Shown: positions 8,501-18,815 of the stretch, piece by piece
Numbering within the stretch: position 1 is the first letter of the stretch
How the letters are laid out: each line of letters opens with the position of its first letter
Virus record (IMG/VR): IMGVR_UViG_3300044941_000276
Coordinates: 41,642 to 105,641 of that record
From: a virus
Direction: 5' to 3' (one strand)
DNA: 64,000 nt
Notes under the pieces: generated by a model
The model's database searches: none
The model's input: only the letters and a program-made list of their open reading frames with translations
Told to the model about the DNA's origin: nothing
Position numbers and translations under genes: made by a program

Positions 8501-10305
8501 TATTTTTTAAATCCTTTTAAAGTCTTTGCCAAATTACAACGTTGTTTACTCTTAGTTGAAAGATTAGATTGCGCACAATATTCTGATATACTCATACCAG
8601 CACGTTTAGCCGATGCTGTTAAAGCACCAGGTTTCTTGATTGCATTTTTAATCCAGCCACCTTTTTTGAAAGACAATGGTTTCTTTTTTTTATTTTCTTG
8701 TGCTTGTTTATGTAATCCCAATCCTAATGTTGCTCCGACAACTGCTTTATGAATATTAGGATCATCCCAGTTCCATTTTGCAAGATGTTCACGAAATAGT
8801 GATTTTACATAATTTGGATAAAATGTTGCTATTTGAGGTTCTGCGTAGTTCAAATCATTAACAACAACTTTCATATTATCATATCCTTTTTTTATAGAAT
8901 CTTTAATAGATTTACTCATTGCTGTACTATTATATGGAGGAATAACATCTTTATTATTTGGTAGCAAAGATTCGTAATACTCTTGAACATTTCTTCTATT
9001 ATTATTTTTAGTTAGTAATGGGAATATAGTAGGAGAAAATTTTCTATTTTTTGGAAATGCAAAACGACTATAATCTTTCGCAACTTTTTTAAAAGGTGTT
9101 GTGAATATAGCTGGTTCTGGTGCAGTTATATCAATGTTAAATTCGTCACCATCTAATCTTTCAACCCCTGTACCATGATACTCTAAATTATCAGTTGCTT
9201 CTTTTAAACCTTTTCTGGCTTGTTCGGTTTTAGTTGATAACCATAAACCATCAGCTATTTGTTGATCAGATAATTTTGGATTTATTTTTTGAAAATAAGT
9301 ATTTGACTTTTCATCATAAATAGCGTTTCTTTTTTTCCAAAATGATTCGGCAGCTTCGCTTCTGAGATTATCTGATTGCAGTCCTTTACTAGAACTATAG
9401 TTGCTAATAATATTATTTAATCTATTATAAACTTCATTTGTAATTCCTTTTCTTTGATATTCTGGTTTTAGATTTGCCATTTTTATTTGGGAGGCTCCTT
9501 GCCCAACAAAATATTCTCCAACTCTACTTCCGTTTTTATCTTTTAATATTATAGAAAATTCACCGTCAGGTTGTTTTTTAATTTTTACTACAATGTCATC
9601 TTTAAAGTTAGAAAATTCTTTTATTAAATCTTCTTCTATATTATTTGTTGCAACGCTGTTATTAAAATCTTTATAATATTTTCTTGCTCCTGGTACTTCT
9701 TCCAATATTTGTTTGTACAGATTACTTTCTCTATTGACTTTTATTCCTTGTTCTTCTGCCTGTTTTATTATATCTAAAAACATTTCGGTGCTATTACGGT
9801 ATTCTTTTATTACTGGTTTAAACACTTTTGCAGCATCACCAGCAATACCTAACACAGGCAATATTGCAGCAATAGATATTGGACTAACTGTTCCTTTTGA
9901 TTTATATTCATTCCAAACATCATAAAGTCCTTTTATATCTCCAATACCAGGTATAAAATCAATACCTCCTGTTATAGTTTTACTCAGCCCTCGAGCATTG
10001 GTTGCTTCTTGTTTATTAGAATACCCTGTGTATCTTCTAACTGGTTTTCCATAACCAAATCCCCCATCATTTGTTGTTTGAGCAGTGGGTATAAAGCTAC
10101 TCTTGATTTCCACCTCTGGTAAAGTAGCTCCTTCGTATATACCATACTTATATTTTAATTCTTTTGCTTTTTCAGGATTCTTTTCTTGATATGATTTCCA
10201 CATCAATCTGCCTTGATTTGTACTTAAATCAAAAGGAAAACCTCTATCATATCCTACTATTTTTTTAGGACTAGGAATATTATTGCCTTTTTGAAATCGT
10301 AACAT
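8500..10305 (-). CDS. polyvalent effector: PT-TG-like + GNAT-like + ADP-ribosyltransferase (ART-PolyVal-like) + basic C-terminal module
   Basis: DFIPGIGDIKG...LPVLG; LKPEYQRKGI...SEAAESFWKK; YHGT...F...AIFTT....A..Y...IATFYPNYVKS; FKKGGWIKNAIKKPGAL. Confidence 0.7.
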   Translation of the reverse strand: MLRFQKGNNIPSPKKIVGYDRGFPFDLSTNQGRLMWKSYQEKNPEKAKELKYKYGIYEGATLPEVEIKSSFIPTAQTTNDGGFGYGKPVRRYTGYSNKQEATNARGLSKTITGGIDFIPGIGDIKGLYDVWNEYKSKGTVSPISIAAILPVLGIAGDAAKVFKPVIKEYRNSTEMFLDIIKQAEEQGIKVNRESNLYKQILEEVPGARKYYKDFNNSVATNNIEEDLIKEFSNFKDDIVVKIKKQPDGEFSIILKDKNGSRVGEYFVGQGASQIKMANLKPEYQRKGITNEVYNRLNNIISNYSSSKGLQSDNLRSEAAESFWKKRNAIYDEKSNTYFQKINPKLSDQQIADGLWLSTKTEQARKGLKEATDNLEYHGTGVERLDGDEFNIDITAPEPAIFTTPFKKVAKDYSRFAFPKNRKFSPTIFPLLTKNNNRRNVQEYYESLLPNNKDVIPPYNSTAMSKSIKDSIKKGYDNMKVVVNDLNYAEPQIATFYPNYVKSLFREHLAKWNWDDPNIHKAVVGATLGLGLHKQAQENKKKKPLSFKKGGWIKNAIKKPGALTASAKRAGMSISEYCAQSNLSTKSKQRCNLAKTLKGFKK

Positions 10306-10310
10306 TTTAA

Positions 10311-11321
10311 TTATTTTTTACTTTTTTCCCATTGTTTAATAAAATCAGCTACTCTTTTATCTATTGACATCACATAACTTCTAAGATTCATATTATCAGG
10401 CACGCTATATTTAAGTAGCATTTTTACTTTATTACTATAAGGTGTGTTTTCAGGTAAATTTATTCTCTTTAAAACTAAATTAAATAGTTTTTTATTCATT
10501 GCGTAAAATACATCGGTGTCAAGCCCGTCTTTATCCTTAGTGCAACCACATTTTGATTTTGGTATCATAGCTCCCTTTTTAGCATAAGTTCCAAAAGCAG
10601 GATTAAGAGCTACTCTTTGCAATCGATTAGCCTCTGCCATAGCTTCAGCTTTCTTTTGATTAAGTTGATTACTATAATCAAATCTATTCAAAGATGAAAT
10701 GTTTGCAAGATTGATCTTTCTGTTATTTATATCATCTTGTATTCCATATATTTTTCCAATAGGTGTACTTGCAAATATACTAGACGCTACATCTTTAGCG
10801 CTATGACCCTTGCCTATATTTTTTAAAGAATTAACAAAATCTTGTACATTACCAGCAAAAGATAAAGCATCGGCTTTATTTTTCTTTTTTAAACATTGAC
10901 CTGTTGTAGGATCTATCATAGGCTCTCCTGTAATAGGATCAAGGACGCAATCATCTTTTGCAAGAGCTGTTTCTCCTATGCTAATAAGATTACCTACCGT
11001 TTCTCCTACCATTCCTCCAAGAGGTCCAAAAGCTGCGTTACCTGCTGTACTTAATATTTGTTTTCTAGTACCTTGAACGAAATGAGCGGTTGGATTATTT
11101 TTATTAAAATCGGGATCGATTTTATTTTGAGCTTTAACAGTCAAGATATTTGCTAAATCCGATCCCATGCTCATAGCATCTTGTTTCAATAAATTTTTAC
11201 CAATATCTCCTTTATATTTTTCTAACCCGCCTAATCCACCGCTCATAAAATTTTCTAGAAAAGGTACAGATCCGATACCTGATTTTCCTTTTATATGTCT
11301 CTTTGTACGTTTTTTAAGCAT
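10311..11321 (-). CDS. probable ejection/cargo protein with Gly/Ala-rich hydrophobic segment
   Basis: AGNAAFGPLGGMVG; YAKKGA motif; follows the tail stabilisation gene as in crAss-like phages. Confidence 0.55.
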   Translation of the reverse strand: MLKKRTKRHIKGKSGIGSVPFLENFMSGGLGGLEKYKGDIGKNLLKQDAMSMGSDLANILTVKAQNKIDPDFNKNNPTAHFVQGTRKQILSTAGNAAFGPLGGMVGETVGNLISIGETALAKDDCVLDPITGEPMIDPTTGQCLKKKNKADALSFAGNVQDFVNSLKNIGKGHSAKDVASSIFASTPIGKIYGIQDDINNRKINLANISSLNRFDYSNQLNQKKAEAMAEANRLQRVALNPAFGTYAKKGAMIPKSKCGCTKDKDGLDTDVFYAMNKKLFNLVLKRINLPENTPYSNKVKMLLKYSVPDNMNLRSYVMSIDKRVADFIKQWEKSKK

Positions 11322-14300
11322 CGCTTCTTCTCATTAATGTTAATATATTTTTAATATACAAATATTGGTTAGTTTTATAAGTGATCCGTATTTTACAATA
11401 TTTGTCTCTAATTCTTCTGTTTATAAAGTTAGATAATTTTCTTGTATCGCTCTCATCTTTTATTACTGTTATATACATGCGATCTTCTTTATATACAGCA
11501 TCATAAGTAAATAAAGAATTGGCAGGATTTTGTAAAAAAGGTTTTGATCCATTATCTACTACGTTTCTGGGACGTATTGTTTGTATATAAGTACCACTGT
11601 CAGTAGTATATTCTATGGTATGAGGATATATATGATTGCCAATTATAATAAGATTGTCTATTATTACTTGTGTTTGAGCATCAAGAGATGCAACAAATTC
11701 AATTACTGTATCGTATTGATTACCATAATAATTGGAATGATCTTCTGACACATAATGTTGATATATCAGAGAGTCTTTGATACCATATATCTCATCTCTT
11801 ATATTAAACATTATATCGGGATATATAGGTTTAAAACTTAACCACCTACCTATCGGCATTTCATTATACAATAATGATTGCGATACACCATCAGCTAAAA
11901 ACGAAAACCATATATTTTGTTTAAATGTATCGTAAGTAGCTCTTATTTGTGTGGTTTGATATACATCGGGAACATCTATAAACTTTTCGCTTATTGATCT
12001 AAGATACTTTTGAACCCTAAGATCAGATATTAGTTCCAATTGATTTCCTCCTACTCTCCATATTTTACTTCTATCAATATCTACCCCATATACAGTATTA
12101 TCGCTAGCTACTACTGAAGCTTGCCAACGAGATCCATATCGTTCTGATAAATAATTAATTGCTCCTTCTGGTGGAAGAACTCCAGCTGATTGAAAAAACA
12201 CAGCGCCTGCGCTGTCTCCAGTTTGAGCAATGCGTTGATTTACAGGAATCATAGCTACCCCGTGAGAAAACACTACGATTAAACCTTGACCGTTATAAGG
12301 TCTTATAGCTACTATATCTCCTACGTGATTTGGATAATCTCTATAATTTAACCCAGAGAATCTTCTATATCCATTATCAAATGATTTTGAAACAAATAAC
12401 TCAGAATATTGTATACGTGTTGAAAAATCAGTTTGTATAAAAGGTATGCGATTTCCTAATGATTTATATATGGTATCGCCTTTTACTCTATTATAACCAG
12501 TATTGTAATTATCTGATTCTAAAAATTGATATTGTCTCCAAGTATTTTTATTACCAGTCCATTCTATCTGTTCATATGGAGGGTTGGGTTTAGTATAATA
12601 TGGAGCCCATTCTCTTATACCTTCTGCTACATCAAATATCTGTTGGTTTCTAATATTTATGTTTACATTACTATCTGAAGCAAATGATATCGTAGGTCCC
12701 AATCTAACATATCGAGATAAGTTGCCATCGTTCACAAGAGGATCGAGTTGATTTTTATATAATCTTCTAAAAGTAATCGATACAAAATTATCTCCATTGT
12801 AACCTTCTATTTTACCATTGGTAAGTACTTGACTACTAGCCGATCCTTGATTTTCAGAAATCGATTGTTGATTCCAATATGTCCAATGAGTTATTGGCAT
12901 ATAATCCTCTGCTTCTGGAAGATGGGTATCGATAAGAGCTTTACCATCAACTGGACCAAATCTTGGATATATATTAGCGTGGGCCGCTACTACTCTTCTT
13001 GTAGTTTTTACACTAGCTCCGAACATTTCATATTCTTCATTGGGTGTATCGCTTTTACTAGATATAAAAAATCCAGACTCAGCATTACCTACTCTTGATG
13101 AATAAAAACTGTTATTGTAACCATTAAAAGGAGATAATAAATTTTCATTACTAGTATCGATTGTTACACCTACATAATCATTATATGATAAAGGATGATA
13201 GCTGTAAGCACCTGATCGATCTCTATTTCCAGTAGCAAACATGACTTTATTGAAAGCTTGAAATAAAGCTCTACCTGTGAATCTATTTTTAGTAACAGTC
13301 GACGAATCTTTATCTATAAACTCAAGCTCTGCACTCTTAATAGTGAGAGTGCGTGTGTTAGTCGATACCTCTTTATACAGACTAAACATTGAAGGTAATG
13401 GTTCAAAATCTCCTCTTGATATACCACTTTCAAAATCTTCAAAGCTATCCATGTTTCTAGAACCGGCTATATTAGGTTGCGTCACACTATATACAAATTG
13501 ACTATTTTCATATACTAGCAAACCTTTATCTCTTCCACTTAATCTTTGAGAAAATATACCTTTTTCCCCCATAAAATCAGGGCTGATAAAAGCATATCTT
13601 TTATTAATATACAATGGTATAGAAGCGTTTTGAGGATAAGCTGCATTATTAAGATCTCTTACATAATTATTATTATTCATTAAAAACTTTACAGCTTCTA
13701 CCGAATAACTATATATCGTATCGGTTCTATTAATTTGTCTACCGTTATTTGATTGATTTGCTTTGTATATACCTGCCGATTCCAGTATGTATTCTGGTGC
13801 AGGTATAAACTTAGAATTTAATTCACTATATCCTCTTTTTGACTGATCGGGTATATTATTATAAGTAGTTAATTCTCCACCTCCGTCTCCGTTTCCCATT
13901 TTTTTATAAGAAGTATCAACATAATCGTTTTCTGGTATAATAAAAGTGTTTATTATTATACCTGATGATATCGCATCGCGTTTTCTTTCTTTTGCTCTGT
14001 GAATACGAAAACCCACAGTGTTTTCCTTTATATAATCAGAGACTTCGGGAATGTTAAATATCGGATGGATTATCCCAACACTTCCATTTTCAAGAATCTT
14101 ATTCAAATAACTTCTTAACGGAAATCGATATATACCTCTTACATTTTCGTAATTATTACGTTCATCATAATCAATATCTCCGCTAAGATCAGACATATTA
14201 TATGACGCATCGTTATATATATTATCGATACCTCTAATTGGAAATACAGGACTCAACGAACCATTTTTAAACATATATTGTATACCAAACATATAGGGTT

Positions 14301-15675
14301 CTCCTGGCCAATATCCAAGCCTGTCATGTACATTTCTTGGATTGGCATAACCCGATGGATAGCCATCAAATCCTGCTCCTGATGTTATGGGGTCATATAT
14401 ATCAGAGATCACATTGTCAAAAGTAGCACCCTTTACGCCCAATCGTTTTTGTGCATAATCTATTGTAACTTTATTAGAAAATTTTTTAAGTTCGTTATAA
14501 TCAAAACCTGCTGTTTTAATATTACCTACAAACAATCTACCTTGTAATTCTGCACCTGTACGATAAGTCAAAATGTTAGACGTTGTTAGTGAGAGATTGT
14601 TTATATTAATTTGATTCGCTATTTCTGTACCTCTATGAGTATAAGATACTTCGGTTTTACCATCTATTACTATTTCTTGTTGTACTTCAAATAATGATGG
14701 TTGAGGTTCTACATCTTGCCCCGATACATAAGTATAATATAACTTTAAAGCGTAATAATCAGGATCTATATTATGAAATACTAGTTGATTAGCTTTTGTT
14801 GTTAATTCATTTGGTACACCGCCTCTAATATCAGCTACAGTATTTCCAAAAAATACAGGAATTGAAAACGATTGACATATCACATCAGTAAGATTACCAT
14901 CTCTAGTGCTATATCGTATATAGTAAGTATATGTACCAACTGGCAATCTACCTGAGTTATCTTGTCCTAAAAACTCTATCCATCCCAATCGGTTAGATGT
15001 AATAATATGATTAAGATTGGAGTCAAAATCAGAAGCTTCATATCGATTATCATCGGTTGCGCCAATGCGATTTACCATAACATATCGATTGTTAGGCATA
15101 ACGGAAAACCCACTATTTATTAACCGAGGTTTATTGTAATTATCTGTGAATATAACATTAACTGACCCATCGTAGCTTGGTTGTATAGCTACTATCTCGC
15201 AATGGTTTGTTTCTTTAAAATTAAACAAGTCGGTATTAAAATCACCGTAACTTCCTATTTTATTATCTCCATCTTTATAATTTTTAAAAGGTTGATATCG
15301 ATTGACCATTTCTCCCAATCGCGAACAATTATCGACATCATTTCCTCCAATACACGATTCGAGAGTATAATTATCATAATCTGGACTAGGATAACTACCT
15401 ATCTCTCCTCTACCTGTAAACACACCATTGATACTCTCTGCTGAAATTATATAACATACGTTACCGTATGTTTTCCAAGCAATAGGATGATAATTTTGTT
15501 TTAATTCCGATCGCAATAGAGTACCTTTTTCATTTTGAAGTATAAGCTCGTTTCCATTATGAGAAACAAAAGTAACGTTCTCAGCATAAGTATATACGTT
15601 ATCAGGGGTAGCATATATTGCGCTATCGGTAGTTAACCCATCGTTAAATACATTATTTTTTACTTCTTTTGACAT
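11314..15675 (-). CDS. tail stabilisation/muzzle protein (crAss Tstab, P22 gp10-like)
   Basis: 1453 aa; N.F..GL.TD...TYAENVTF...NGNELILQNE.G; GRGEIGSYPSPDY; LGYWPGE.Y.FGI; C-terminal RIRDKY.KIRI.Y. Confidence 0.85.
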   Translation of the reverse strand: MSKEVKNNVFNDGLTTDSAIYATPDNVYTYAENVTFVSHNGNELILQNEKGTLLRSELKQNYHPIAWKTYGNVCYIISAESINGVFTGRGEIGSYPSPDYDNYTLESCIGGNDVDNCSRLGEMVNRYQPFKNYKDGDNKIGSYGDFNTDLFNFKETNHCEIVAIQPSYDGSVNVIFTDNYNKPRLINSGFSVMPNNRYVMVNRIGATDDNRYEASDFDSNLNHIITSNRLGWIEFLGQDNSGRLPVGTYTYYIRYSTRDGNLTDVICQSFSIPVFFGNTVADIRGGVPNELTTKANQLVFHNIDPDYYALKLYYTYVSGQDVEPQPSLFEVQQEIVIDGKTEVSYTHRGTEIANQININNLSLTTSNILTYRTGAELQGRLFVGNIKTAGFDYNELKKFSNKVTIDYAQKRLGVKGATFDNVISDIYDPITSGAGFDGYPSGYANPRNVHDRLGYWPGEPYMFGIQYMFKNGSLSPVFPIRGIDNIYNDASYNMSDLSGDIDYDERNNYENVRGIYRFPLRSYLNKILENGSVGIIHPIFNIPEVSDYIKENTVGFRIHRAKERKRDAISSGIIINTFIIPENDYVDTSYKKMGNGDGGGELTTYNNIPDQSKRGYSELNSKFIPAPEYILESAGIYKANQSNNGRQINRTDTIYSYSVEAVKFLMNNNNYVRDLNNAAYPQNASIPLYINKRYAFISPDFMGEKGIFSQRLSGRDKGLLVYENSQFVYSVTQPNIAGSRNMDSFEDFESGISRGDFEPLPSMFSLYKEVSTNTRTLTIKSAELEFIDKDSSTVTKNRFTGRALFQAFNKVMFATGNRDRSGAYSYHPLSYNDYVGVTIDTSNENLLSPFNGYNNSFYSSRVGNAESGFFISSKSDTPNEEYEMFGASVKTTRRVVAAHANIYPRFGPVDGKALIDTHLPEAEDYMPITHWTYWNQQSISENQGSASSQVLTNGKIEGYNGDNFVSITFRRLYKNQLDPLVNDGNLSRYVRLGPTISFASDSNVNINIRNQQIFDVAEGIREWAPYYTKPNPPYEQIEWTGNKNTWRQYQFLESDNYNTGYNRVKGDTIYKSLGNRIPFIQTDFSTRIQYSELFVSKSFDNGYRRFSGLNYRDYPNHVGDIVAIRPYNGQGLIVVFSHGVAMIPVNQRIAQTGDSAGAVFFQSAGVLPPEGAINYLSERYGSRWQASVVASDNTVYGVDIDRSKIWRVGGNQLELISDLRVQKYLRSISEKFIDVPDVYQTTQIRATYDTFKQNIWFSFLADGVSQSLLYNEMPIGRWLSFKPIYPDIMFNIRDEIYGIKDSLIYQHYVSEDHSNYYGNQYDTVIEFVASLDAQTQVIIDNLIIIGNHIYPHTIEYTTDSGTYIQTIRPRNVVDNGSKPFLQNPANSLFTYDAVYKEDRMYITVIKDESDTRKLSNFINRRIRDKYCKIRITYKTNQYLYIKNILTLMRRSDA

Positions 15676-15970
15676 CTCGATATAATTTTTCTAATTTACT
15701 ACTGTCAAGGTTTTCTCCTAAAACCGTTATAGGGGATTCTCTTAACTTTGTTAAAAAATCCCACATTGTGGAACGAGGTACTAATAAAAAATCTTCTTTT
15801 AATCGAGTTCCTATTTTTACTATAATACGATAAACTATTGCAAAAGATATAACAGTATCTACTGCAAATATTAATATTTTTGCTTGTTTACGAGTCATTC
15901 CTGGATAATATCCCATCATTATATCGTAGTAATCACTAGGTCTTTTAAAAAATAGCGACTTTTTTTTCAT
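15653..15970 (-). CDS. small conserved protein at the position of crAss IHF-like genes
   Basis: Synteny only. Confidence 0.4.
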   Translation of the reverse strand: MKKKSLFFKRPSDYYDIMMGYYPGMTRKQAKILIFAVDTVISFAIVYRIIVKIGTRLKEDFLLVPRSTMWDFLTKLRESPITVLGENLDSSKLEKLYRDVKRSKK

Positions 15971-16394
15971 CTATTGTTTTATCTAAACGGTCCATATATT
16001 CTTTTTTAAGTAATAATTCTGATCTGACATTACTTCTTATAAACAATATACAATACATCTTAAAATTTCTTTTAATTATATTACCTTTATAATAAGGCAT
16101 AAGTCTTTTAGCTGTTTTTTCGTGTCTAGCAGCTATCCTGATTTGATATCCGTTACCTCTATATATTTTACCTTCATCTATTACGTCTTCTATAACATGA
16201 CTCATGTATCGTCTAGCAAATTCGGAAAGAAATTCGCTATAAGTACTATACTTCCCCCATTTTCTTATACCTATTTTGGCAGAAGTTAATATTTTTAATT
16301 TTAATTTTGAAAACAATTGTATAAAACTTATAGACCCCAAATCAAGCAGAGCTATAAAAGTTTTAGCTGATCGTATACGGTTTATAAGGTACAT
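15945..16394 (-). CDS. basic protein, probably divergent IHF/HU-like (crAss IHF_54 position)
   Basis: Synteny; VIEDVIDEG motif; true start may be downstream. Confidence 0.4.
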   Translation of the reverse strand: MYLINRIRSAKTFIALLDLGSISFIQLFSKLKLKILTSAKIGIRKWGKYSTYSEFLSEFARRYMSHVIEDVIDEGKIYRGNGYQIRIAARHEKTAKRLMPYYKGNIIKRNFKMYCILFIRSNVRSELLLKKEYMDRLDKTIDEKKVAIF

Positions 16395-17067
16395 TGAATC
16401 TTTTTCTATTAGATGATGATAATACGTCTAGATATTGATTCATAAAGTTTTGACTAAATCCTTCACTTATATCTACTCGCGCTTGATTAACCGCCTTGTT
16501 TTTATCTTTTTCTACTAGTGGTAGTATACTCATAGCAAGTTGATTACCTTGATATAATTTTCTTCTAGTATCAATCCATTTCCACCAATAAGCACAAGCT
16601 TCAGCCTCCGATTCTGTGATCATCGGTAAACCTTCATCATCGTGTACAAAAGTTCTATATATCACTTGAAGATTAGTATTAGGAGTGGATATTATATGAT
16701 CTCCATAAAACTCATATCGATTATAAAATCCTCTACCGTGAAGGTTAGAACTATTTATCCACAAAGAATCCTCTATTCTATCAACAACTGTAGGTACAGT
16801 TACCGATTCTATTTTAAAAGCTCTGACAGGCAAACATAATTTACCCTGATTATCAGTTTTGCCGTTTATTGCTTCTATTCTAGGATACATATTACCTATT
16901 TGACGTAGACAATTTAATGCGTTGTCTAGATAATCATCTACCGAAGGATTATCGCCAAATAGATAATTTATTTTAGTCATTCCCATATAAATAGAATGAA
17001 GATCATATGATGAGTTGTTTTCTACAACCATCATAGGTCTGCTATGGTTTGGAAAATTATTACCCAT
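16363..17067 (-). CDS. tail ring/tubular protein (crAss Ttub-like)
   Basis: D.EGLP.ITE.EA.A.A; SQN.MN..LDVL.S.NRK.F...YKP typical of crAss ring proteins. Confidence 0.75.
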   Translation of the reverse strand: MGNNFPNHSRPMMVVENNSSYDLHSIYMGMTKINYLFGDNPSVDDYLDNALNCLRQIGNMYPRIEAINGKTDNQGKLCLPVRAFKIESVTVPTVVDRIEDSLWINSSNLHGRGFYNRYEFYGDHIISTPNTNLQVIYRTFVHDDEGLPMITESEAEACAYWWKWIDTRRKLYQGNQLAMSILPLVEKDKNKAVNQARVDISEGFSQNFMNQYLDVLSSSNRKRFNVPYKPYTIS

Positions 17068-17732
17068 TAGATTTGACTATTTGCGTTATACTTACTAAAT
17101 CTGTAATACCAATTTGCCCAATTACTTGTTATTTCATTTATTATCATATTAACCATCTCAGGAGATACTGGAAATCTGTCTGTTTCTGGATTTAACGGAC
17201 AGCAACCATATCGATTTACCTCAAATGGGTTTTCTAAAATCATAGAAGCCGATATATATTCAATATTAAAAGTTGGAGGGTTTATTAAAAATCCATGATT
17301 AACTCCGTCTTTTCTACGTAACCATACGTAGGGTCGATTTCTTAAAGCTTGATTCCTATACTGATGATAATTCCACATTTCATCAGTATATATTTTAAAT
17401 TCAATAGTTCTATGAGGAGTTCCTATAAAATCAAGCTCTAGATAATTGGGTAATATAAAATGAAGAGCTGTTTGCTTACTAGGATCACAACATAAACTTA
17501 ACGATTCACAATCAAGAGGAATGCAATTTATTTCTTGCATCATACCAAATTTATTCAATTGTCCGTTCAGTTTTTGTTTTTCGTATAACTCATTTCTTAC
17601 AGCGATAACAGTATGTTCCAACTGTTCTATACTAAAAGGATAACCATTGCTGGTTTTCATACCTGCTTCAAGGTTGTTTTGAACAGCCGATACAATTTTA
17701 GCTAATGTCCAAGTTCCTAAAAAATCACTCAT
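17067..17732 (-). CDS. tail ring/neck protein
   Basis: FSIEQLE..V..VR; QEINCIPLDC; ILENP. Confidence 0.7.
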   Translation of the reverse strand: MSDFLGTWTLAKIVSAVQNNLEAGMKTSNGYPFSIEQLEHTVIAVRNELYEKQKLNGQLNKFGMMQEINCIPLDCESLSLCCDPSKQTALHFILPNYLELDFIGTPHRTIEFKIYTDEMWNYHQYRNQALRNRPYVWLRRKDGVNHGFLINPPTFNIEYISASMILENPFEVNRYGCCPLNPETDRFPVSPEMVNMIINEITSNWANWYYRFSKYNANSQI

Positions 17733-17761
17733 ATTTTTTTAATTTGCCAATAAATATAAAT

Positions 17762-17794
17762 AAAAAAGTCGCTCTTTATGGGAGCGACTTTTTT
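17762..17794 (-). terminator. rho-independent terminator
   Basis: AAAAAAGTCGCTC-TTTATGG-GAGCGACTTTTTT after the 17809 ORF. Confidence 0.85.
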
Positions 17795-17808
17795 TAATTT
17801 AATTACTA

Positions 17809-18789
17809 TTAAGCGTTTGTCTTAAATTGTGCTACAGTAGCTGTATCTTTAACATATGTACCAGAAACCACAGCGCTAAATTGTGTACCTGGAACTTGAT
17901 TAAAGAAATCAGCAAGGTTATCGATCAATGGTTCACAAGAAGACTCCTTGATATACAATACCATAGTAGGACGATTGCTCAAACGAGATGATTTTGGATC
18001 AGGTCGGTTAGATACATCATATCCCCAATAGATTTCAGTATATAACTCGGTTTCATGAGGAATATCTGCAAAATCAAAACCATATGGTATATTGTTATTT
18101 CCTGTAACTTTTTCTCTAAATTCTACATCGCTACCATAACCAATACCTTCACTGCTATTTTGTATACGAGTAGGGTTAAAAATAGTTACATAATTACTAG
18201 GTGAACCGTTATCATTGGTTACACGGAAACTTTCAATATAGCTACCACGTTCCAGCAGTTCAATTTCTAACTCAGTTAATGTAGTAGCTACATCATTAGC
18301 ACTGATAGTACCAGCAGTACCAGAACCAGGTGCAATAAATAAATCACGATTTTTATCGTTACGTAGCGTTACAATTGAGTTGTACAATTTTGCTAAGAAG
18401 GTGTTAGCTGTTTCGCCAGTAGATAACATCACTGAGAAGGTGAAAGTACGACCAAATTCGTATTCTGGACGAGCAAGAGCCAGTGCTCTACGGCTACTTC
18501 TTACTACCATCTCTACGTGAACATAGGTATTATTTGGAATAGGACCAGAGATAGTAATCTCTGAGGGCGTAGCGGCGGTTAACGACCACTTTTCAGTTGT
18601 TGGAAATTGACCGCGAGTTAGACGAGCACCAAAAATGTTACTTAAACGGAAACGACCGTAACCTTGTATATCAAGTTGAGTAGCTGTAGCAGCTGCAGTC
18701 ACATTGTTGTTATTGTCTAAGAAACGGAAATTATATCTTGTTGGGCTGTTTATAATCCGGGTCTTATCTTCTAATCTAAATTCTGACAT
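17809..18789 (-). CDS. auxiliary capsid/structural protein (crAss gene-73-like)
   Basis: Synteny downstream of MCP; N-terminal F......IINS; EG.G.G motif; own terminator. Confidence 0.6.
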   Translation of the reverse strand: MSEFRLEDKTRIINSPTRYNFRFLDNNNNVTAAATATQLDIQGYGRFRLSNIFGARLTRGQFPTTEKWSLTAATPSEITISGPIPNNTYVHVEMVVRSSRRALALARPEYEFGRTFTFSVMLSTGETANTFLAKLYNSIVTLRNDKNRDLFIAPGSGTAGTISANDVATTLTELEIELLERGSYIESFRVTNDNGSPSNYVTIFNPTRIQNSSEGIGYGSDVEFREKVTGNNNIPYGFDFADIPHETELYTEIYWGYDVSNRPDPKSSRLSNRPTMVLYIKESSCEPLIDNLADFFNQVPGTQFSAVVSGTYVKDTATVAQFKTNA

Positions 18790-18815
18790 GGTTTTTTATA
18801 TTTTTATTTAAACTA

